A stretch of 64,000 bases of DNA from IMG/VR virus record IMGVR_UViG_3300044842_000168, positions 1 to 64,000 of that record; one strand, 5' to 3'. Numbering within the stretch: the stretch's first letter is position 1; every line of letters begins with the position of its first letter. Position numbers and translations under genes: made by a program. Under the pieces are notes generated by a model. It was not told the origin of the DNA. It did not search any database and saw only the letters and a list, made by a program, of their open reading frames with translations. Shown here piece after piece: positions 43,453 to 52,961 of this stretch. The DNA comes from a virus (lineage: Duplodnaviria > Caudoviricetes).

Positions 43453-44450
43453 GCCTCGATCCTGAACTTGGGGGTGGGAAGGAACGTACGCCGGTCCTGC
43501 TTGGCCCACGGGAAGCCGCACTGGCCCTCGACGCTTTCCCAGCCCTGGAACGTGCACTGCATCCCGACGCGCTTGGCGCCGGAGCACATCGGGCAGGTCA
43601 CCAGCCAGCCGCGCCAGTCGCCATCGGTCTGCTCGCCGGCCGGATCCACAGCGAACAGCTTCCCGTCTCCGGAGCAATGTGGGCAGACGCTGCCCGTCTT
43701 CTCGCAGGAGATCTTGATGTACGGCTCCAGGAACGGGTGGGCCTCGGCGAGCACCTTGCCCATCGATCGCATGACCGACACCATCTCCCACATGAACATG
43801 GAGCAGGCCCGGTACGCGTACACCGCGAGGAACTCCCGGACGGTGTACTCGCAGACGATGTAGTTGGTGGTGCCCTCGGGGAGGATGAACCGTGCGTCCT
43901 GGTACGAGATGTCCTCCTCGGCCGCGACCCGGTACGCCCGCGCCGACATGGCCGCCGCCGCCTCGAACGCCTCCCGCGCCCGGGGGTTCCGGAACACGCT
44001 CTCGGGCATCCTGACGTCTGGCTCGTTGCCATAGAAGGTCGCCCGCTGCGACTGCTGGTGGAAGCCGGCGCGCCGGGACCGCACCAGCTGGTGTGTCAGG
44101 GCACGGGAGGCACCCCACACCTCGAACACGACCGTCTGGGACTCCAGCGCGGCCTGTAGACCGCCGCGCATCATCTCTTCCCAGTCGGTGCCCTCGTCTG
44201 TCTCTTCCACCGACACACCGGTCGTGGCCCGGGTCGCCCGCGACAGGACGCGGCGGAAGCTCTCCTCGTCCACGCCCTGCAGCAGCTTCACCCGCAGACC
44301 GTCCGTGCCGACCTGCAGCACACCGGGGGCGTCGGCGCCGGGAGCGGTGTGCCGGCCGTCCGTGTTCATCGAGTGTCGGTTGAACGCCTTGTCGGCCAGG
44401 ATGGGGTCGTTGTCCCACTCGTTGTTCGGCCGGCTCCTGTGGTACGTCAC
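43449..44450 (-). CDS. thyX: FAD-dependent thymidylate synthase ThyX-like, variant motif, with Zn-finger insert
   Basis: FEVWGASRALTHQLVRSR..FHQQSQR, DARFILP; CPHC...CPMC insert. Confidence 0.82.
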   Translation of the reverse strand: MTYHRSRPNNEWDNDPILADKAFNRHSMNTDGRHTAPGADAPGVLQVGTDGLRVKLLQGVDEESFRRVLSRATRATTGVSVEETDEGTDWEEMMRGGLQAALESQTVVFEVWGASRALTHQLVRSRRAGFHQQSQRATFYGNEPDVRMPESVFRNPRAREAFEAAAAMSARAYRVAAEEDISYQDARFILPEGTTNYIVCEYTVREFLAVYAYRACSMFMWEMVSVMRSMGKVLAEAHPFLEPYIKISCEKTGSVCPHCSGDGKLFAVDPAGEQTDGDWRGWLVTCPMCSGAKRVGMQCTFQGWESVEGQCGFPWAKQDRRTFLPTPKFRIEA

Positions 44451-44478
44451 TGCATTCTCCTTCTCACGGGATCAGCTG

Positions 44479-44508
44479 ATCTTACGGTCGATCTTGTGTT
44501 GCGTCTAC
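44479..44508 (-). promoter_or_regulatory. TAGACG-type promoter (half operator site)
   Basis: TAGACG-N17-TAAGAT upstream of thyX. Confidence 0.7.
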
Positions 44509-44807
44509 TCGGGGTAGTCGCCGGCCTCCCAGTAACCGTGCGAGGGCGGCTCCTCGGCCTTGACCGGACTCCAACCGGGGCAAGGCGCGACGTTGTTGGA
44601 ATAGGGCGGCGCCCATTGGTGCGCCGCGTGCTCGATCGCCATCGACCACTCCGGGCACGGCGACGGCTCGGCCTGTCGCGACTCGCGCACGGCCGTCTGG
44701 AACACCTCGACGCAGCGCTGTACCTCACGGTCGTTCGCGAGGTCGTGGCCCATCTCCTCGGCCACCGCCTTGAGACCGATGGCGATCTCTCCCCAGATCA
44801 GTTCCAT
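44505..44807 (-). CDS. hypothetical protein with C-H-H-C motif
   Basis: CPEWSMAIEHAAHQW...PCPG. Confidence 0.65.
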   Translation of the reverse strand: MELIWGEIAIGLKAVAEEMGHDLANDREVQRCVEVFQTAVRESRQAEPSPCPEWSMAIEHAAHQWAPPYSNNVAPCPGWSPVKAEEPPSHGYWEAGDYPE

Positions 44808-45025
44808 GACTGCTCCTCCTCATCCTCCAGCGCCAGCAAGCGCTGCTCGGCTTCTCCAGCGGCCTCGTCACAGTCGATCTCGTCCAGGAGCCGGCCAAGC
44901 TCCGTGACGTTGTAGTCGCTGGGGTCGATCTGCTCGGACTCCAGCGCAGCCTGCAGCAAATCCTCGCTCAGGTTGTCGATCGCACCGCGCACCAACTTCG
45001 CAGCAGCGTTCCGCAGCTCGCTCAT
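44798..45025 (-). CDS. acidic hypothetical protein
   Basis: MSELRNAA..., ATGA coupling. Confidence 0.65.
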   Translation of the reverse strand: MSELRNAAAKLVRGAIDNLSEDLLQAALESEQIDPSDYNVTELGRLLDEIDCDEAAGEAEQRLLALEDEEEQSWN

Positions 45026-45426
45026 GCCCGCTTCCCTCCGTGCCGGTAGGGCCGGCCCTCGTTGTAGGCCATCTTCTCTGCCACGGCCTTGTCGAGATCG
45101 ATCCCGTACCGGCCGGCGAGGTCGAAGACGCGGATCAGGATGTCGGCGAGTTCGATCGGTACGCCTTCGGGCTTGTCGCCTACGTAGTAGGTCTCGGTGA
45201 AGCCGTGGCCGGCTCGCCACTCCTCGAACGCCTCGGTGACCTCGGTGTGCACGAGGGCGATGGAGGTACCGAAGTCCGGCGCCGGGTCCCAGAAGCCGTG
45301 CGACAGTGAGTTGCTGTGCGCTCGGTGCTGCAAGGAGTTAAAGGGATGTGCGGCAAGCTCCCGCACCGCAAGCCTCGCATCCTCAAGAGCCTCTTCCAGC
45401 TCCTTGATTCGGCTCTCAAGCGACAT
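45022..45426 (-). CDS. mazG: MazG-like NTP pyrophosphohydrolase
   Basis: LVHTEVTEAFEE, ELADILIR, KMAYNEGRPYRHG. Confidence 0.88.
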   Translation of the reverse strand: MSLESRIKELEEALEDARLAVRELAAHPFNSLQHRAHSNSLSHGFWDPAPDFGTSIALVHTEVTEAFEEWRAGHGFTETYYVGDKPEGVPIELADILIRVFDLAGRYGIDLDKAVAEKMAYNEGRPYRHGGKRA

Positions 45427-48400
45427 CTTCGGCCGCCTCTCCTTCGTCGTCTTCCTCGGGGTCGATGACCGCGAGGCTCTTCACGTACAACGAGGCGCCG
45501 AATCCAGAGCGGGAGCGTCGGGCGCTCACCATCACGACGTCGTGGTTAACGCGGAGTCCCTCCAGCGCCTCGGCGAACTTGGGGTAATCGAAGCGGGTGA
45601 TGCGCAGGTACACATCCTCCTCGCCATCGTCGTAGCAGTGCAGCACACAGGAGTGCACGAGGTCCGGCCGCTTCATCTCGGCCTTGATCTCGTCAATCTC
45701 CTTGCCGGACCGGGCGCGCTCATCCTCGATGGCGTCCTTGTACTCCTTGAGCTTGACGAGGCCGACCCAGCGAATCCGGGCGCCGCCACGTGCCTCGATG
45801 ATCTCGTCTGAGGTGTGTGTCGGGGCCGGCATGCGCAGCGAGCCCTCCGAGATCGCCGACCGGATCGCGGCGAGAGCGATCTCGGTACGCCGCAGCCCGA
45901 ACGGATCATCTCCCAGCTGGTGCCGGAAGACTTCGATCTTCTTCGCACCGATCCCCTTGATGTTGGCGAGGTCGTCAATGCAGGTGATCTCGTGATCCTT
46001 CGCGTACTCCAGGATGACCCGGGCCATCTTGACCCCAATCCCCTTGAGCTGGGTCCAGCCGGCCGCCACGGTCGTCGAGTCCACCGCTGTCCAGGTCAGG
46101 CCGGAGCGCTTCGGGTCCACGCCCCGGACCTCGATCCCGTGCGCCTCGGCGTCCCGGATCAACCGGGGCCACTTCTCCGGCTTCGTCTTCTGCAGCTGTG
46201 CGGTATAGAAGGCGACCGGGTGGTGCGTCTTGAGCCACATGCACCACTGCCCGAGCCGGCTGTACGAGATGGAGTGTGCGATGTTGAAGACGTAGGTAGC
46301 TGAGGTCACCAGCTTTCCCCACACCTTCCGGGCGGTCTCCTCGTCCATCCCGTGCAGGCGCTTCGCCCCCTCCACGAAATCGATAGCGCTCTTGTTGAAC
46401 TGTGCCTCGCCGAGCTTCTGCGAGATGATCTTGCGGATCTCGTGGACCCGCTTGACGGGTAGACCGCCGATGATCCGGAGCGCATTCAGCACCTGCTCCT
46501 GGTAGATCACCTGGCCCTTGGTGTCCTTGAGCATCTCGTCCAGCAGTGGGTGATACCGCGTCGGCTTCTTCTTGCCCTGCCTGACGGCGATGTACTCGGC
46601 AGTCGATCCGGAGAACAGCGGCCCTGGGCGTGACAGGGTGTTGACGTCTGAGAGCTCCATGAAGTTCCGGGGCTTGACCTCCCGGCACACCAGCCGCGTC
46701 GCCCGACCCTCGAACTGGAAGATGCCCACGACATCGTTGCGGCGAAAGGCTTCTAGCGTCTCCTCGTCTTCGGCTGGGATCGCATACAGGTCATCCAGCG
46801 TGAGGCCGGCGATCTCCAGAGCGATCCGGATCATGCCCATGGTGGTGAGGCCGAGGAAGTCAGCCTTCATCAGCCCCAGATAGGCCGCGTCGTACTTGTC
46901 AACCGAGACAACAGAAATCTGCTCCTCAGAGCCGTCTTGGTACTTCTTAGTTCTGGTGTACATCGCGCAGGTGTCCGCGACCGGGGTGTTGGTGACCACG
47001 AGTCCGGCGGCGTGCACCGACATGCCTCGGTAGTTACCCTGCAGCTTCAGGGCGTACTGGAGGTACTCGGCGTTCCGCTCGTAAGCCTCCTTGGCTTGTG
47101 GGAACATCTCGATGGTGTCCAGCAGCGTGAAGTCACCGCGCGAGTCACCGCCCGACCGCTCCACCAGCACGCCCTTGATCGCCTCGACGTCGGCCCGGTT
47201 GATCTCCTTGGGGAAGCCGCGCACGATGTCGTCGATGGAGTTCTTGCCCTTGTACTTGGTGTAGGTACCGATGTTTCCCACCCGGTCCTCGCCGTACAGC
47301 TCGACCACGTGTGCCCGGACCTCGTGCCGCCTCTCATCATCGAAGTCCAGGTCAACATCTGGCTCATCCTCGCGGTCGGGCGCGATGAACCGCTCAAACT
47401 GCATCAGCGGGAACTCCAGCGGATCGATCTCGGTGATGCGCAGGAGATAGCTCACGAGCGAAGCTGCCGCTGAGCCACGCGCCGGCCCGACCGGGATGCC
47501 GTGATCCTTCGCGTGCCGCACGATGTCCGAGAGCATCAGGAAGTAGTCGCAGAAGTCCTTGTTGGTGATGGCTTCCATCTCGTACCTGAGCCGGGCCACG
47601 TACTCGTCCGCGTGCCGGCGCATGCGTCGGTTCCCGTGTGCGACGCGGTACTGCCAGCCCTCCCGTAGCCACGTCCAAACCAAATCTACGGTGCTAACGC
47701 CCTCGGGGAGGGGGTAGCGGAGCCGTTCGGCCTTCGGCAGCGTTACGGAGCATCTCGCGGCGATCTCGGCTGTGTTCCGGAGCGCTTCCTCAGCGGAGCG
47801 CTTGGACAGACCAGTCGCCCGCAGCCGATCGTACACGTACCGATCCGAGGTCGGATAGTCGGCAGGTATCCCATACTCCCACTTGGCCTCCATGGCCGCG
47901 ACCGAGCCGGCGCCTCGGCCGGCGGCGTGCAGGATGGAGCGCATCTGCGAGTCGGCGGTACTCGGGTAGTGCACATCAGCCGTCGCCACGAGCGGGATCT
48001 TCAGCTCTCGGCCGATCCGCTCGAACGCCGGGTTGAGACGCTTCGTCCGGTCCAGCTCCGGAAAGATCTGGCACTCCAGGTAGTAGCTGTCGCCGAAGAT
48101 CTCCCGGAACTGAGCAGCAACCCGCTTGGCTGCCTTGTAACCCTGCCCATCCCCCATCATCTTGCCACCGTCCAGTACACATGACAGTAGCGAGTCGGCG
48201 CAACCCGACAGCACGATCAAGCCACGCCGGTGCTCCGACAGCATACGCCCGGTCGCGGTAGGCCACTGATAGAAGTTCTCGGCATACGAACGCGACACCA
48301 CACGATTGAGGTTCCGGTACCCCTCCAGATCCTCAGCGACGACGGTGAGGTGGCACTTCTGGCGATACGGGCCACCCTTTGGCTCGGTGTATAGCTCGGC

Positions 48401-48592
48401 TCCGAAGACCGGCTTGACACCGGCTGCCACAGCGGCCTTCTCCAGCTTGACGTGAGAGGAGACGTTGCCGTGCTCGGTGAGCGCGACGGCTCCCATGCCG
48501 AGTTCAGCGACCCGGGCGACATGGGCCTCGGGCAGCCCGAAGCCGTCGAGGTAGCTGAACGTCGAGTGGCTGTGCAGCGAAACGAAGTCCAC
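45416..48592 (-). CDS. dnaE: DNA polymerase III alpha subunit (family C)
   Basis: PHP motifs SLHSHS, ALTEH; GRGSAA, PDVDLDF, HAAG, K.DFLGL, YVFNIAH. Confidence 0.95.
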   Translation of the reverse strand: MDFVSLHSHSTFSYLDGFGLPEAHVARVAELGMGAVALTEHGNVSSHVKLEKAAVAAGVKPVFGAELYTEPKGGPYRQKCHLTVVAEDLEGYRNLNRVVSRSYAENFYQWPTATGRMLSEHRRGLIVLSGCADSLLSCVLDGGKMMGDGQGYKAAKRVAAQFREIFGDSYYLECQIFPELDRTKRLNPAFERIGRELKIPLVATADVHYPSTADSQMRSILHAAGRGAGSVAAMEAKWEYGIPADYPTSDRYVYDRLRATGLSKRSAEEALRNTAEIAARCSVTLPKAERLRYPLPEGVSTVDLVWTWLREGWQYRVAHGNRRMRRHADEYVARLRYEMEAITNKDFCDYFLMLSDIVRHAKDHGIPVGPARGSAAASLVSYLLRITEIDPLEFPLMQFERFIAPDREDEPDVDLDFDDERRHEVRAHVVELYGEDRVGNIGTYTKYKGKNSIDDIVRGFPKEINRADVEAIKGVLVERSGGDSRGDFTLLDTIEMFPQAKEAYERNAEYLQYALKLQGNYRGMSVHAAGLVVTNTPVADTCAMYTRTKKYQDGSEEQISVVSVDKYDAAYLGLMKADFLGLTTMGMIRIALEIAGLTLDDLYAIPAEDEETLEAFRRNDVVGIFQFEGRATRLVCREVKPRNFMELSDVNTLSRPGPLFSGSTAEYIAVRQGKKKPTRYHPLLDEMLKDTKGQVIYQEQVLNALRIIGGLPVKRVHEIRKIISQKLGEAQFNKSAIDFVEGAKRLHGMDEETARKVWGKLVTSATYVFNIAHSISYSRLGQWCMWLKTHHPVAFYTAQLQKTKPEKWPRLIRDAEAHGIEVRGVDPKRSGLTWTAVDSTTVAAGWTQLKGIGVKMARVILEYAKDHEITCIDDLANIKGIGAKKIEVFRHQLGDDPFGLRRTEIALAAIRSAISEGSLRMPAPTHTSDEIIEARGGARIRWVGLVKLKEYKDAIEDERARSGKEIDEIKAEMKRPDLVHSCVLHCYDDGEEDVYLRITRFDYPKFAEALEGLRVNHDVVMVSARRSRSGFGASLYVKSLAVIDPEEDDEGEAAEDVA

Positions 48593-48614
48593 GCCTCGCC
48601 CTCCTTCCACGATG

Positions 48615-48645
48615 ACCCTATCGGTGTGGACGCGGTTGCGTCTAC
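48615..48645 (-). promoter_or_regulatory. TAGACG-type promoter/operator (one mismatch)
   Basis: GTGGACG-cggttg-CGTCTAC at 48626-48645; TAGACG-N18-TAGGGT upstream of dnaE. Confidence 0.75.
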
Positions 48646-49247
48646 TCTTCGCCCCGAAGCCAAGCCCCGAACCTAGTCCAGTGTTCCTCGACTACCGGCC
48701 CCATAACCTTTCTGTTGCGTAGCACATGACTCGGGTGGAACATCGCCCAGTAGTCGATGTCGCCCTTGATCACGAGATGCTGCCCGGCGACCCGGGAGAG
48801 CGAGAAGGCCTGCCGCCCCCGGTGCTTCCGGGCTCGGTCCCGCAGGGAAGCGGCACCCAATACTGCATGTGCAACTGATCCGATCGCCACGAGACAGTCT
48901 GGCTTGACCGAGGCGTACTCCCGCCGGAGGTACGGCACCGAGGCCACCACGAGATCTCCAGCGGGCGTTGGGTTGCCCTTGCCGGGCCAGTACTTGACGA
49001 CGTTGGTGACGTAGACGTCCTCCCAGTCCAGGCCGGCGAGGGCGAGCAGCCGGCCCAGGAGGATGCCCGAGGGGCCAACGAACGGCTTCCCGTGCAGGTT
49101 TTCCCGGGCGCCCGGTGCTTCGCCCACGAGCATGGCCATAGGGTGGGTCGTTCGTCCCCTCCCGGGCACGAGCCGGCGTCCGGGGAGCCGCAACGAGGCG
49201 AAGGCCGGATCGGTCCGGTAGTCCTCCCATACATCGTCAAGCGACAC
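48642..49247 (-). CDS. udg: uracil-DNA glycosylase, family 4-like
   Basis: LVGEAPG..E...GKPFVG.SG, YVTNVVK, MFHPS. Confidence 0.9.
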   Translation of the reverse strand: MSLDDVWEDYRTDPAFASLRLPGRRLVPGRGRTTHPMAMLVGEAPGARENLHGKPFVGPSGILLGRLLALAGLDWEDVYVTNVVKYWPGKGNPTPAGDLVVASVPYLRREYASVKPDCLVAIGSVAHAVLGAASLRDRARKHRGRQAFSLSRVAGQHLVIKGDIDYWAMFHPSHVLRNRKVMGPVVEEHWTRFGAWLRGEE

Positions 49248-49249
49248 CC

Positions 49250-49471
49250 CTACACCTCCCAGTACGACAGCACCGAGCTCAGCGGCCAGGAGCGCAGCAG
49301 CTCCGCGCACACCAGGTTGGAGTACGGATGGCCCCAGAGTTCCAGCACCGGAACGTCGCTCTTCACCACCAGTCTGAGAGCCGATCCCCGGTGCTCCTCT
49401 TCGGCCCCGTCGACAGTCTTGATGTGGAAAGTCTTGTCATTGTTGTAGTTGCCCGGGTGGGCCTCAGCCAT
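49250..49471 (-). CDS. hypothetical protein
   Basis: 73 aa, overlaps upstream stop. Confidence 0.55.
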   Translation of the reverse strand: MAEAHPGNYNNDKTFHIKTVDGAEEEHRGSALRLVVKSDVPVLELWGHPYSNLVCAELLRSWPLSSVLSYWEV

Positions 49472-50192
49472 CGCGCCGGCCCTCCTCCTCATCGATCATC
49501 GCGAGCGTGAGGAAGCAGTGCCCGATGAGGTCCTGGATGATCTCGCGTGGCTGCTCCGAGGCGAGCGGCTTCCCGTCCCAGATCGACTTCTTCAGCTTGC
49601 CCATCTTCCGCCACATGTCCGAGAACTGGCCCCGGATGCCGAGCACCTTATGGTTCTCGTGTGCGCCGTCGTTGTAGTCTTCGGCCTTGGCGTGGAACTG
49701 CTCCCACCACTCGGCCACCAGGAAGTCCCGGATGTACCGCATGTCCGCCGGGTCGTTGTCCTCCGGCTGTTCGTCAGCCTGTTCGCCGGGCCGGTTGCCG
49801 GGGCAGTACCTCTCCTGACCGCCTTCGTCCGGAACCCAGTTGTGCTCCGGGTGCTCGGATTCGCTGGAGCACCAGAAGGGGAACGCCTCTCGGTTCACCA
49901 CGCCGACGCAGTGGATGTCCCCTACCGGCGTAGTCCAGTCGTGCGGCGCGTGCGGCTCCGGATCGCCGCACGCGCCATCAGGGAGCGGCTCGGGCTTGGC
50001 TACGATACCAGAGCAGTACCGGAAGGGCTGCTCGCCGTACGGACCGTTGAACCAGTTGTGCTCGTCGTGGGGGAGCGGGTTGGGGCACGAGCCCTCATTC
50101 GTGCCCGGGCACCACACTTCGTCGTCGATACGGGTCCAGTTGTGGCCGGGGTGATTCGCCATGTTCCCGCAGTGGAGCGCGCCTCGCTGCAC
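49464..50192 (-). CDS. Nmad1/DUF1599-like domain fused to tandem C-H-H-C repeats
   Basis: C-terminal FHAKAEDY...LGIRGQFSDMWRK..KL...DLIGH pattern; four H-x2-H-x-W...C-x-G repeats. Confidence 0.7.
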   Translation of the reverse strand: MQRGALHCGNMANHPGHNWTRIDDEVWCPGTNEGSCPNPLPHDEHNWFNGPYGEQPFRYCSGIVAKPEPLPDGACGDPEPHAPHDWTTPVGDIHCVGVVNREAFPFWCSSESEHPEHNWVPDEGGQERYCPGNRPGEQADEQPEDNDPADMRYIRDFLVAEWWEQFHAKAEDYNDGAHENHKVLGIRGQFSDMWRKMGKLKKSIWDGKPLASEQPREIIQDLIGHCFLTLAMIDEEEGRRDG

Positions 50193-50193
50193 G

Positions 50194-50880
50194 TCAACGA
50201 CCTCCGTTGATGGTCACGATCTCCCCGGTGTACCCGGGCGATGGGTTGAGGAGGATGTCCACGGCAGTGCGGGCGACCTCGCTCTTGGTCAGCGGCCGGC
50301 CGAGCGGTGAGGACGCGGCCTCATAGCGGTCAGCGTACTCCCGCGTCCACCCGCGCAGCGCCGGTACCGTGGAGTCCACGTAGTCGGTCATCGGCGTGTC
50401 GGCGACCTTGCCAGGGGCGATCGCGTTGACGCGGACGTCTGGCGCGAGTTCCCGGGCGGCACAGCGCACCGCCATGTTCAGCGCGGCCTTGGAGGAGCAG
50501 TAGGCGATTGACGTACGCATCGGTCGTACCGCCGCGTCCGAGGACACCGCGAGCACCGAGCGCACCGGAGTTGTCCGCCGGGCGATGATCCCCATCAGCA
50601 TGATGAAGCCGAAGGTGTTGACGTTGAACAGATCCTCGACGCCTTCGCGGTAGGTGTCCCGCAACCAACGGAGTTCGTTGACGCCGGCCGAGTACACCAC
50701 GTGCGTGATGTGGTTGTCGATGATGGATCGCTCCATCGTCCAAGCCTTCCGGACGTCCACCGTCGGCTCCGAGTCCGGGCACGCGCCCAGCCGGAACTCG
50801 ACCTCTTCGCGTCCCCACACCTCTTCGAAGATGGCGGCCCCGATCCCCGACGTACCACCGATCACCAGAACACGGTTCAC
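50194..50880 (-). CDS. short-chain dehydrogenase/reductase
   Basis: IGGTSGIG, YSAG, NVN, YCSSK (YxxxK), RVNAIAPG. Confidence 0.92.
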   Translation of the reverse strand: MNRVLVIGGTSGIGAAIFEEVWGREEVEFRLGACPDSEPTVDVRKAWTMERSIIDNHITHVVYSAGVNELRWLRDTYREGVEDLFNVNTFGFIMLMGIIARRTTPVRSVLAVSSDAAVRPMRTSIAYCSSKAALNMAVRCAARELAPDVRVNAIAPGKVADTPMTDYVDSTVPALRGWTREYADRYEAASSPLGRPLTKSEVARTAVDILLNPSPGYTGEIVTINGGR

Positions 50881-51539
50881 CGGTGCTTCTCCTTCCAGTA
50901 CCGGATTCCTCCGGATACCAACATATCCAGCTGTCCCACCGTAGCCCAGCGGATAGCCTTCCCGCCAAGCTCGCTGCTCTCGTTCCAGTATCGGTTGTAG
51001 GGCTGGTCGTGCAGCAGGAGGCGCCCGAAGCCGACCGCCTCAGCCTGGGCGATCATCTCGGGCAGGTCATCGACGACCGCGACAACCCGCTCGGTACCCA
51101 CGAGCCGTTTGAGCTCTCGGTACTTGTTGTGCCCGAACAGTACTGCGTCGTGCTGCATCTTGTTGCGGCGCAACCATTCCCGGGTGTCCGGGTCGATGTT
51201 GTCAAGGCGAAGGTATGGACGCGTGGTGCAGATCCATACCTCTGCGCCGGCGCGCCGCCAGGACCGCACAGCCTCGGGCATCCCTTCCACCACCGGCATG
51301 GCGCGTTTGAGACCGCCCTGCCGGTAGGCGAGCTTGACCCGGCGGTAGGTGGCTTTGCTGACGTGCATGAACTTGTAGAGCGGTAGGCCGGGGTTGTCCT
51401 CGGCGACCGGCATGGGGCGTCCGAGGTACATCTCAGCGAACCGCAGGAACCACTCGTGGTACAGCGCCGAGGTTCCGTCGATGTCCAGGGCCACCACCGG
51501 CTTCCGGGACGTGTCGATCACTCGTCGTCCCTCCACCAC
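50877..51539 (-). CDS. HAD-family phosphatase (deoxyribonucleotidase-like)
   Basis: ALDIDGT, ICTTRP, VVDDLPE, HDQPYNR. Confidence 0.85.
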   Translation of the reverse strand: MVEGRRVIDTSRKPVVALDIDGTSALYHEWFLRFAEMYLGRPMPVAEDNPGLPLYKFMHVSKATYRRVKLAYRQGGLKRAMPVVEGMPEAVRSWRRAGAEVWICTTRPYLRLDNIDPDTREWLRRNKMQHDAVLFGHNKYRELKRLVGTERVVAVVDDLPEMIAQAEAVGFGRLLLHDQPYNRYWNESSELGGKAIRWATVGQLDMLVSGGIRYWKEKHR

Positions 51540-52186
51540 CAGATGCGCCCGTCGCTGAGGATGTCAACCTTGAACTCACGTCGCTCGTACGGGTCGTCCT
51601 CCTCCGGCCGGCGCCACACCGGCGCCGGGAAGAACTCCTGCCCGTCCGGTCTGATCATCACGCAGCCCTGGTGCAGGACGGATGTGGAGTGGATCACGGC
51701 CGGCGTCCGGTCATACCAGATTTTCCGGCCCAGCAGCTGCTCGGCGGCCGTCTGCCCGGCGCCCCAGTTGATCGCGGCGTGATCGGCGAGCTTGTGAACG
51801 GCCATCTCCATCGACCGCAGCGCGTGCGAGACGTCGGTACCGCCGTGACCCTCGTACACCTGCTCTCCGTCGATCTTGATCCACCACCAGATCTCGCCCC
51901 GGATCTCGTCACGGCCCTTCCAGTCGTTCACCTCCCGACTGTTCTCGGTGTGCAGGCCGGTCTCGACGTGGTAGAAGTGGCCTCGGTGGCGGGACCAGTG
52001 TCCCGGCTTCGTCTCGGCCCACCACACGCTGTCAGGCTTCGGCGGCTCGGGGCCGTAGTGGCGCGGCTGTCCGAGTGCGAGTCGCGCGTCACGGATGTTC
52101 TGGCCGTGGCCGAACTTCACCGTTCGCTTGGTGGTGTGGAGTTCGGCAGGGACGTAGTTGTCATCCGGCATTGGATAGCACCTCAC
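51518..52186 (-). CDS. hypothetical protein
   Basis: 222 aa, Trp-rich, coupled to neighbours. Confidence 0.7.
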   Translation of the reverse strand: MRCYPMPDDNYVPAELHTTKRTVKFGHGQNIRDARLALGQPRHYGPEPPKPDSVWWAETKPGHWSRHRGHFYHVETGLHTENSREVNDWKGRDEIRGEIWWWIKIDGEQVYEGHGGTDVSHALRSMEMAVHKLADHAAINWGAGQTAAEQLLGRKIWYDRTPAVIHSTSVLHQGCVMIRPDGQEFFPAPVWRRPEEDDPYERREFKVDILSDGRIWWWRDDE

Positions 52187-52961
52187 AGGCGGTTTCGTAG
52201 GCGTGGTGTGACAGGACGTCCTTGCGCCATGTGCCGTACCGGCCGAGGCCGACGACGGAGATGCCCCGTAGACAGGTGCAGGATGTCCGTACGGGCTTGT
52301 TCACGATCGCGGCGGCCGGATCCACCCCGTCCGCATACGAGGCCGAGAGCGGCCATTCTACGGTCTTGTGCCCGTAGATGTTGCTGACGCGGTACCAGAC
52401 GTCCTCCGGGCGCCCGGAGCAGATCACCGTGAAGGGCGGGCAGTCGATCGAGACGCGCTGCGAGATCGGCGGCGCGTCCCCCATCGCCCACACCGAGGTC
52501 TCCACGAAGCTGTGGTTGCGGTTCGAGCACAGGTCAACGAGCGGGAGGGTGGAGAGGATCGGGGCGGCCGGCTCGCTCTCCCGTAGCCGCACCACATCGA
52601 CCATCTTCAGACGTCCGACCGGGAGCACGCGCCAGCCGTACGCTTCCCAGGCTCGGTCGTACGCCTCACGGATGTCCCATGCCTTGTGGGTGCTGCTGAG
52701 AACCTCTGGTGAGACGGGGTTGACCGCCTCGGGGCCGTACACCTTGCGCCGGTAGCCGTCCGAGTTCCCCAGAAGCTTGTATTGCACTTCGTACGGGTCG
52801 CGGCGTGACAGGCCGGGGATCGGGGCGTGCAGATACTGCGCACCGAACATGGTGGACTTGCGGGCCTTCTCCGCGAACAGCACCGGCGTGTGCCCCAGGG
52901 CGTGTGCTGCGTGCGCCGCGAACATGCCGGCCGGCCCGGCGCCGAGGATGTAGACCTTCAC
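52161..52961 (-). CDS. FAD-dependent oxidoreductase, UDP-galactopyranose-mutase-like
   Basis: ILGAGPAG, FGAQYLH, LGRYGTW motifs. Confidence 0.7.
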   Translation of the reverse strand: MKVYILGAGPAGMFAAHAAHALGHTPVLFAEKARKSTMFGAQYLHAPIPGLSRRDPYEVQYKLLGNSDGYRRKVYGPEAVNPVSPEVLSSTHKAWDIREAYDRAWEAYGWRVLPVGRLKMVDVVRLRESEPAAPILSTLPLVDLCSNRNHSFVETSVWAMGDAPPISQRVSIDCPPFTVICSGRPEDVWYRVSNIYGHKTVEWPLSASYADGVDPAAAIVNKPVRTSCTCLRGISVVGLGRYGTWRKDVLSHHAYETACEVLSNAG

